Positions 52,391-64,000 of a DNA stretch of 64,000 bases are shown here, piece by piece; the stretch's first letter is position 1, and each line of letters starts with the position of its first letter. The DNA lies in the NCBI GenBank assembly GCA_964035575.1, contig OZ037835.1:62001-126000 (forward strand), in the 5' to 3' direction. Under the pieces are notes generated by a model. The model was not told where the DNA came from. It saw only the letters and a list, made by a program, of their open reading frames with translations, and did not search any database. The position numbers and the translations under genes were made by a program. The stretch comes from Rhynchopus sp. YZ270_cl-10. Its lineage: Eukaryota.

Positions 52391-54063
52391 TTCATATTTT
52401 CATTTTCGGTAATATTGTCCCGACGCACAAATCCGCTCGTATTCTGTGTGTCAAAAAACCCCTGTTATGGTACAGTTCTTGTGTGTCAAAATGTGTATGT
52501 TGGTGTGCTGGAAGGAGAGGGGTTCAGATTCATTTATATGATGATATTTACCGACGTGGGGGATGGGGGTAGCTGGAACACTTTGTCACTTTGGGACGTT
52601 GATCGTTATGTGGATGTAGGGTGTTTTTCAGGGGTATGTTAACCACGTGTGTGTCTTAGGGAACAAATTTTTCAGTAACGTGAACCAATCGGGTCGCAAT
52701 GGGTCCTGGGGGCCCGGAGGGCCCCCATGCAGGAAAAATTTTCACCAAGCCTGGGCAATGCTGGGGTGCCTATACATGTGTTTTCACGTGTTTTTGGGCA
52801 CTTTTCAGGATTTTCGAAAAATTTTGCAACACCAAAATCGAAAATTTCGGTCTATTTTTCACTCTGCGACATGGTCAAAAAAAATTTTTTTTTGGCCGAA
52901 AAAATTATAATATTTCTATTTCGGATTTTACCCACGATTTGTGTACATTCTAATATTTCTGTGCCAAATATTATAATATTACCCGGTACATGCAAAATTG
53001 GCTGTAAAGTAGCCGAAAATATAGAACCCATATTTCCAACGTCGCTGTAGGATTTGTGCAGAGGGACAATATTTCCGAAAATAAAAAAAAAAAAAAAAAA
53101 AAAAAAACAAGTAATTGCTATCGGAAAAAAAACGGGGTGTGATGTGGAACTCCATCCTGTAGAAATAATCTACAACACGCCCAGCATTCTGCTCTTCTGC
53201 AGGTATGCTAACGCTCTTCGTAAGCTGCCATACCCACTGGGACGCCAGCATCTGAAACGTTCAAGAAGGGGGGCTGTCCTCTTCGTCCAGCACCATCTGC
53301 TCGATAGCGTTGTTGGAGGTCGGCTCGGCAGGCTCGGCGTGTTCCAGCTCGTTTTTGTCCACAGGGTCCCCACATTGTCGTCATCGTTGGAGCAGTGCGG
53401 AAGGAACACAGAATGCACAGACTACTACACATCGATAACACCAGGCGCATCAGCACCTCCAGCAAATCGCCAGGATGCTACGGTGGTTTCGAAAATTGCG
53501 CGGAGTTTTCCACAGCACACCCGTTTTTCCTTAGCAATTACTTGTCCTTGTTGTTACTGTTGTTTCCAACCACCTTCCTTCAACCCTTGTAGGGATCAGT
53601 TGTAATTTTTTTCGCGAAAACATGAAATTATACATTTCAAGAGAACAAATTAAAAAGGGTCCTTATTTGCGTTTTTGGGCTCCGCCCGTGCAGTGGTGGG
53701 GTCAATCTCGAAAATTGGACAATTTTTTGACTACTTAAATTTTGAGAAATATGAGCCCGGTTGCTTATACGTGGGGCCATTTTCAGCTAAAATATTCCTC
53801 AAAATCTGGTTTTGTAAAATTGACCCTTCCCCCCCCCCCCCACATCGATTTCAATACTATACCTTACTTCACCTACGGTTACCCTTACAGGGGGGGTGAA
53901 GGAAGGTAAGTTGAAAAAAACTAAAACCTAGACCTGTCAACACAAAAATTATGAACGACTTAGCTTCTGTGAGCTCGCAAGGGAGGTGTCGCCACGCACC
54001 TGTCCGAAGACTGCTGCCCTTTTTTTTTCGTTTTCGAGTACTCGATACTCTTCGAGTACTTTG

Positions 54064-56771
54064 CACCACGCTGGATGATAGGGGTCACATGATATAATCA
54101 CATGATATTTCACATGATATAATTATATCATGTGACATGATATATTTTATCATGTGACATGATATAATATATCATGTGAAATATCATGTGGTATATCATG
54201 TGGTATATCATGTGACCTATCATGTGGTATATCATGTGGTATATCATGTGAACCGGAAAATATATCATGTGAAATATCATGTGGTATATCATGTGGCATA
54301 TCATGTGACCTATCATGTGGTTTATCATGTGAACCGGGAAATATATCATGTGACCTATCATGTGGTCTATCATGTGGTATATCATGTGACCTATCATGTG
54401 ACCTAAGTAGCACATGGTAGACTTCCCGGTTCACATGATATACCACATGATATTTCACATGATATACACATGATCATGTGGGCCCATAAGTTACACACGA
54501 AAAAATTCGTGAGCTCAGTTAGTTGTCAAAGACGTCTTCCACCATGCACTGAGGAGATAATGATCCAACAATTTACAAGAAAGATTACTTAACCTACTGC
54601 TGGAAATTGCCAGGTCGTAGTAACACACAAAGTGTGCCTCCGTTCGGGAAGACCGGATATTCTAGAGACCAAAAAGGCCTCAAGAATATCTTCCGGTAGT
54701 CAAGGTAGAACCGAATGAACGGCCCAAGACCCCCGTGGAGAAGTTAAATGTTGTAATGCTATCAAGTAGAAACTGCGAACACTGTCTTACCCTCCTCAAT
54801 ACATGGTGGAATATGTCTTTCACAACAAACCGAGCTCAAGAATTTTTAAACTTCCCTGAGGGAATGCGACACTACGCAAAATTTACCACCAGACCCTGTC
54901 TTCGTACACCTTCGGTGCAACACTGCAGACAGGCCAAACTGCGTTGGACTCAGAGGAATTCCTGCTGTGCAGGTATCAATGAGAACCAAGTCCCAGCAAC
55001 AAGGGGCGCCTTTTGGCGGGCGTTGTTGAGGGTGTTTGGGGTGCAAAGTTTTCCACAATTTTGATGCGCGGGTACAGAAGTGTTATCTTGTTCTTTCATC
55101 TCTAGGAATGTAAATGTCAATCGCGTTTAACTACCACTAGGGCTTGTTCAGTGAACCCACGAGGGGTCGAAGGGGGTTGGTTATCCCATATCTATCAAAG
55201 GTTGTGTCGACCAGGCTAATCCACTATGTTACGCTGTATGATGATAAATCCGAAGAAATAACAGTGCATAGCAACTGCAGGAAGTTTGTTAAAAAGAGTG
55301 CCTCACGCTACACAAACCACCACCCGCGATTGACTTAGATGTTATAACAAAGAGAATTCAGAACAAAACAACACCCTGCCCCATACACACTAAATTGTCA
55401 TGCTTCAAGAGCATGCCTGGGCCAAAATTACTGTGACAAAAAAGGCAACAAGACCACCCACAAGGAGTGTGAAATGTGCACTGGTTTTCTGGGGGAACGC
55501 AATATTTTCTTGTGCCTCGTCCTCCGCAAGCAGAGGACAGACTTTCCGGAAGGTTTCCAAAGTCGAATTTCTTGCACCAGCTATGCTCCCTGGTTAATGG
55601 CTATAGCAGTGACTGACAAAAGGTACCCACCCGGCCCTTCCACCCCCAGAATTTCGTCCGCAATCCGTAGAATTGATACGGGTGCACGCGCGTGAGTTGT
55701 TGAATGTCGGAGACGCGCCGAACCTTATCATCGCAATCGTTGATACAGTCCAGATTTCACGATCCTGTGATGAGTGTAAATGTGGGGTGTGATTAAGTTA
55801 TGGTCGCTTGGAAAAGAAGTTAATTGATGACTTTAAGAAAAATGGCTCCCCTGAATTTGAGGATGTAAAAAGACAGGGATGCAAAAGGTAGTGTAAAACC
55901 CCTATGTTTAGTGAAAATTATATTTTTTTGTGGGGGAGATGAAACCATACCTTGTCTGCACTGATTCGACCGATGCGCACCTCTGGTTCTAAAAGTTTAG
56001 GGGGTGAAATTTTGACTTGTCAAGTTTTTTCACGAACATGTCAATGCGAGGTTTTCTTTGGATTTTTTTGGGTCATTTTATGACCTACCACGCCCGATTT
56101 TTGGTCCAAAATCGACTTGTCTTTCGTAAAAAATCCATGAAAAATCGCGTAACGCAAAACCGCGTTTTAGACCCCCACAGATGCTCAAAAGTGCCAAATT
56201 TTGCTTTTAATGGCCTCAAATCGTCGAAATTAGCCCTACAGAGGGCAAAAAAAAATTTTCGAGAGTCCCTTTCCCTGGGCGGCGATAGCCACCTATCATG
56301 TCACATGATATAATTATATCATGTGACATGATATTTCACATGATATAATTGTATCATGTGAAATATCATGTCACATGATATAATTATATCATGTGAACAT
56401 GATATAATTGTATCATGTGAAATATCATGTGACATGATATTTCCCATGATATATTTGCCGGTTCACATGATACTTCACATGATAGTTTTACCGGTTCACA
56501 TGATAGGTGACATGATAGGCCACATGATATTTCACATGATATATTTCCTGGTTCACATGATAGTTCACATGATAGTTTTACCGGTTCACATGATAGGTGA
56601 CATGATAGGTCACATGATAGTTCACATGATATATTTCCCGGTCCACATGATAGGTCACATGATAGGATTTACCGGTTCATATGATAGGTCACATGATATG
56701 TTCACATGATAAATTCTATCATGTGACATATCATGTGAACCTACCAAATCGCCCTATCATCCAGCGTGGTG
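54064..56771. mobile_element. Non-autonomous CACTA/EnSpm-like DNA transposon (2.7 kb)
   Basis: 20 bp TIR CACCACGCTGGATGATAGGG; 2 bp TSD TG (empty site GTACTTTGTACAACC, reverse strand near 50352-50366); dense ATCATGTG subterminal repeats. Confidence 0.85.
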
Positions 56772-56809
56772 TGTACAACCATGCATAGGGTCCCCCCTAT
56801 GGTTTTTTA

Positions 56810-57472
56810 TACAGTACACAGTACACAGTACACAGTACACAGTACACAGTACACAGTACACAGTACACAGTACACAGTACACAGTACACAGTACACAGTA
56901 CACAGTACACAGTACACAGTACACAGTACACAGTACACAGTACACAGTACACAGTACACAGTACACAGTACACAGTACACAGTACACAGTACACAGTACA
57001 CAGTACACAGTACACAGTACACAGTACACAGTACACAGTACACAGTACACAGTACACAGTACACAGTACACAGTACACAGTACACAGTACACAGTACACA
57101 GTACACAGTACACAGTACACAGTACACAGTACACAGTACACAGTACACAGTACACAGTACACAGTACACAGTACACAGTACACAGTACACAGTACACAGT
57201 ACACAGTACACAGTACACAGTACACAGTACACAGTACACAGTACACAGTACACAGTACACAGTACACAGTACACAGTACACAGTACACAGTACACAGTAC
57301 ACAGTACACAGTACACAGTACACAGTACACAGTACACAGTACACAGTACACAGTACACAGTACACAGTACACAGTACACAGTACACAGTACACAGTACAC
57401 AGTACACAGTACACAGTACACAGTACACAGTACACAGTACACAGTACACAGTACACAGTACACAGTACACAG
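56810..57472 (+). repeat. (ACAGTAC)n, ~95 copies
   Basis: Perfect 7-mer array. Confidence 0.97.
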
Positions 57473-57763
57473 CACTGTACAAGGCAAAAATGACCAAAAC
57501 AGCTGATGTTTTGGCCGAATGCCACCCTATCAGGAATATTTTCATGTATTCACACAAATTTTTTCTGGCCTCAATACCCGCAAACGATTTTCGGTTCCGG
57601 CAAATATTTGGAGCACCAAATATCGCAAAAAATTTCAATTTTTTTGGTGTCGTCCGCACATCCCTTTAGTAAAGACCAAAACACCCAAGGCGTTGTAATT
57701 CATGTGTAATGGGGTGAAAGTGTGTGTAAGTGGGTGATAGTGTGGTACCGCCGGGACACCCCA

Positions 57764-60493
<2,730 letters not shown>

Positions 60494-63400
60494 TGGGGTG
60501 TCCCGGGCACGGCGTAATTCATGTGTAATGGGGTGTAATGGAGGGAATTTAAACTTTTTGCTTTTTTTGCGTTTCCCCCCCGTTTTTTCAACACGAAAAG
60601 TCCTTTTTAAAAAAAGGTGACAACAAAATCTTTTTTGGCGAGTGGAGCCAGTGTCTTATCCAGATTTTAAGTTTGGCGGGGGTCAGTTTGTTTTTTTTGC
60701 CCAAATTATTTTTTCAGCACGACCAGGGAAGACATTGGGAACATAGTGAACTGTATATATTTTTTCTTGCGGAGCAAAAAAAAACAATATGAATGGCGCC
60801 GCAGGCGAAAAATTTTTTGGGTACGGTGTAAATTCATAGCTATTTACACCACGCCGAGGAAACACCTCAAACCCAGCTGAAAAAACTGACCCCCCCCACA
60901 GGCCCAAATTTCCGGAGAAAATTATGGGGGGGTCACTGACCCCCCCCAACCGGCCCAAAAAATACACTGCAGTGGAGCAAAAAAAGTTTTGCCTGGCTGA
61001 CCATTGCCGAAGGAATTTTGCACTTTTGACCACCACAGATTACACGCGCCCATTCTTTTGAAAATGTGCATGTGAGAAAAAATTCTAAACAAGTAACAGA
61101 TGCTCAAAAGTGAAAAATTCTGGCGTTAATGGATCGCTAGGGTGGGTAAACTACCCAATCCAAAAATTATCGAACAGATTCGTATTCCAAAAAACCCAAA
61201 AAAAAATCCAAAAACCATAGGCATGGTTGTACAAAGTACTCGAAGAGTATCGAGTACTCGAAAACGAGAAAAAAAGGCCACTCGACACTCGAGTACTCGC
61301 CCGACCCTTTTTTTTTTTTCTCTTCAATTTACTCGTTCTGGCACTCGAGTACTCGAACGAGTGGAAAAAAGTGGAAAAAAAAAACAGTACTCGGCCGAGT
61401 ACTCGAGACTTTTTTCCACTCGTTCGAGTACTCGAGTGCCAGAACGAGTAAATTGAAGAGAAAAAAAATATGGGTCGGGCGAGTACTCGAGCGTCGAGTG
61501 GCCTTTTTTGTTGTGTCGACAATCACCTGCTAGTGCAGGATCTGTACTCAATGTCGCCCGAAGGCTATTGTACTTAAAAGATATAGACGGAGGTCGTCCT
61601 CAACTCTGGAAAGTCGCTTTTATTTATTGTTTATGCATTCTAGTGCTGTAATATACACAAAAGTTGCATCATCAAAGTTTGGGGGATAGGGTGGGTTAAA
61701 GGGGTCACGTGAGAAAATAAAGTAGTTGGTTAGAAATTCAGTACATCATGTTTCAGTCCTAACTGCATACATTGGTAGTATCAGAGGGGGACATCGTCAG
61801 TGCAAGACCCTCCGAGATGTAAAGAGTTTTAACCACTGTTGCTATTATCAAACAGTCTTTGCGCTCTACTTGTCTTTTCAAAAACTAAAACCTAGACCTG
61901 TCAACACAAAAATTATGAACGACTTAGCTTCTGTGAGCTCGCAAGGGAGGTGTCGCCACGCACCTGTCCGAAGACTGCTGCCCTAGCTGTTGTTTACTCT
62001 TTTAAACTTTTGTTTGTAGCGTCGTTGAGAAAAAGGCTTCTGTAATAGTCGCTTTGATACGTCTGCTTATGTTTCTTTTTAAAACTGCTGTTGTTGTCAT
62101 TGTTTGTAGCAAAAGGGAAGCTTTTCGGCTAAGCGTGTTAACCATCCAAGTCACAATCCCACCAAAAAGGCCGCTGGTTTTCTTAGATGATTAGACCCTT
62201 AGCTCTCAAAAAAACCCATCTTTTGTACAATGGTAACGTTGTTTGTCTTTTGTTGAAAAATTTTGAAAATTTGCTGACATGTGCCACCTCCTCACTGTAA
62301 ACCTCTCACGTTCACAGGAAAAGCATGTTAGCAAGAGGGTTGTTTGTTTACTTATGTAGACTTTGTTTGTTTTGTTTGGCTTCTTTTGGTAGGCTTCTGT
62401 AGGGTAGTTTTGGTGCGTCTCTTTAGTTTTCTTCGTAAAACCGCTGTTGTTTACTCTTTTTAAACTTTTGTTTGTAGCGTCGTTGAGAAAAGGGCTTCTG
62501 TAATAGTCGCTTTGATACGTCTGCTTTTGTTTTCTTTTTAAAACTGCTTTTGTTGTCATTGTTTGTAGCAAAAGGGAAGCTTTTCGGCTAAGCGTGTTAA
62601 CCATCCAAGTCACAATCCCACCAAAAAGGCCGCTGGTTTTCTTAGATGATTAGACCTTTAGCTCTCAAAAACCCATCTTTTGTACAAGGGGGGGCTGTTT
62701 GTTTACTCATTTTAAACTTGTTGGGTTTTTGTTGTGTCGACAATCACCTGCTAGTGCAGGATCTGTACTCAATGTCGCCCGAAGGCTATTGTACTTAAAA
62801 GATATAGACGGAGGTCGTCCTCAACTCTGGAAAGTCGCTTTTATTTGTTGTTTATGCATTCGAGTGCTGTAATATACACAAAAGTTGCATCATCAAAGTT
62901 TGGGGGATAGGGTGGGTTAAAGGTCACGTGAGAAAATAAAGTAGTTGGTTAGAAATTCAGTACATCATGTTTCAGTCCTAACTGCATACATTGGAAGTAT
63001 CAGAGGGGGACATCGTCAGTGCAAGACCCTCCGAGATGTAAAGAGTTTTAACCACTGTTGCTATTATCAAACAGTCTTTGCGCTCTACTTGTCTTTTCAA
63101 AAAAAAAATAGTATATTTTTTCTGGAAATATAGTACTCATATTTCCTGAGGTACCCCCAATGCTGCTGAGGGATACGATTTCCCGAGCCGAAGGCGAGGG
63201 AAATCGTCGAACGAAGCAGCATTGGGGGTACCGAAGGAAATATGGTGCTATATTTCCAGAAAATTCATATTTTCATTTTCGGTAATATTGTCCCGACGCA
63301 CAAATCCGCTCGTATTCTGTGTGTCAAAAAACCCCTGTTATGGTACAGTTCTTGTGTGTCAAAATGTGTATGTTGGTGTGCTGGAAGGAGAGGGGTTCAG

Positions 63401-64000
63401 ATTCATTTATATGATGATATTTACCGACGTGGGGGATGGGGGTAGCTGGAACACTTTGTCACTTTGGGACGTTGATCGTTATGTGGATGTAGGGTGTTTT
63501 TCAGGGGTATGTTAACCACGTGTGTGTCTTAGGGAACAAATTTTTCAGTAACGTGAACCAATCGGGTCGCAATGGGTCCTGGGGGCCCGGAGGGCCCCCA
63601 TGCAGGAAAAATTTTCACCAAGCCTGGGCAATGCTGGGGTGCCTATACATGTGTTTTCACGTGTTTTTGGGCACTTTTCAGGATTTTCGAAAAATTTTGC
63701 AACACCAAAATCGAAAATTTCGGTCTATTTTTCACTCTGCGACATGGTCAAAAAAAATTTTTTTTTGGCCGAAAAAATTATAATATTTCTATTTCGGATT
63801 TTACCCACGATTTGTGTACATTCTAATATTTCTGTGCCAAATATTATAATATTACCCGGTACATGCAAAATTGGCTGTAAAGTAGCCGAAAATATAGAAC
63901 CCATATTTCCAACGTCGCTGTAGGATTTGTGCAGAGGGACAATATTTCCGAAAATAAAAAAAAAAAAAAAAAAAAAAAAACAAGTAATTGCTATCGGAAA
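60494..64000. mobile_element. Second copy of the TG...CA composite element (runs off the window)
   Basis: Essentially identical to 49621 onward at offset 10873. Confidence 0.9.

Larger units (their letters stand above)
49621..57763. mobile_element. 8.1 kb composite non-coding element with TG...CA ends, 13 bp TIR and 5 bp TSD
   Basis: TGGGGTGTCCCGG...CCGGGACACCCCA; TSD TGATC (49616-49620, 57764-57768). The empty site is seen near 45128-45133. Confidence 0.8.

Noticed and set aside
53054..53605. Protein-coding gene in a GC-richer patch
   Set aside because: Only short overlapping ORFs with no recognisable motif.
56810..57472. Telomeric repeat
   Set aside because: The array is internal and the unit does not resemble TTAGGG-type repeats.

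Overview
Eukaryotic, repeat-only 64 kb window with no recognisable housekeeping genes. A captured LSU rRNA fragment looks euglenozoan (inference). The left 44 kb is a modular ~100-450 bp satellite invaded by minus-strand non-LTR retrotransposons. These are: two CRE-like RT + restriction-like-endonuclease families (family 1: one intact 12.3 kb copy with a 14 bp TSD and one truncated copy; family 2: one full-length frameshifted copy nested inside family 1 and one 3' stub), and one intact APE-RT-RNase H element in a (TG)n tract. All three families start with an HDV-like ribozyme that can be folded by eye, and all encode OTU-like protease domains preceded by an (L/M)xGG motif. Both CRE-like families carry 5' tandem arrays (29 and 6 copies) of the first ~17-20 nt of their own predicted ribozyme-cleaved RNA. 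An orphan array of the same design lies at 40169-40249. Together these suggest telomerase-like reiterative reverse transcription of the RNA 5' end (inference). Their ORFs begin with a signal-peptide-like / N-x-S-rich / hydrophobic module. The right 20 kb holds non-autonomous DNA transposons, a ~2.6 kb exon-like repeat unit, a 10.87 kb tandem duplication, palindromes and microsatellites.
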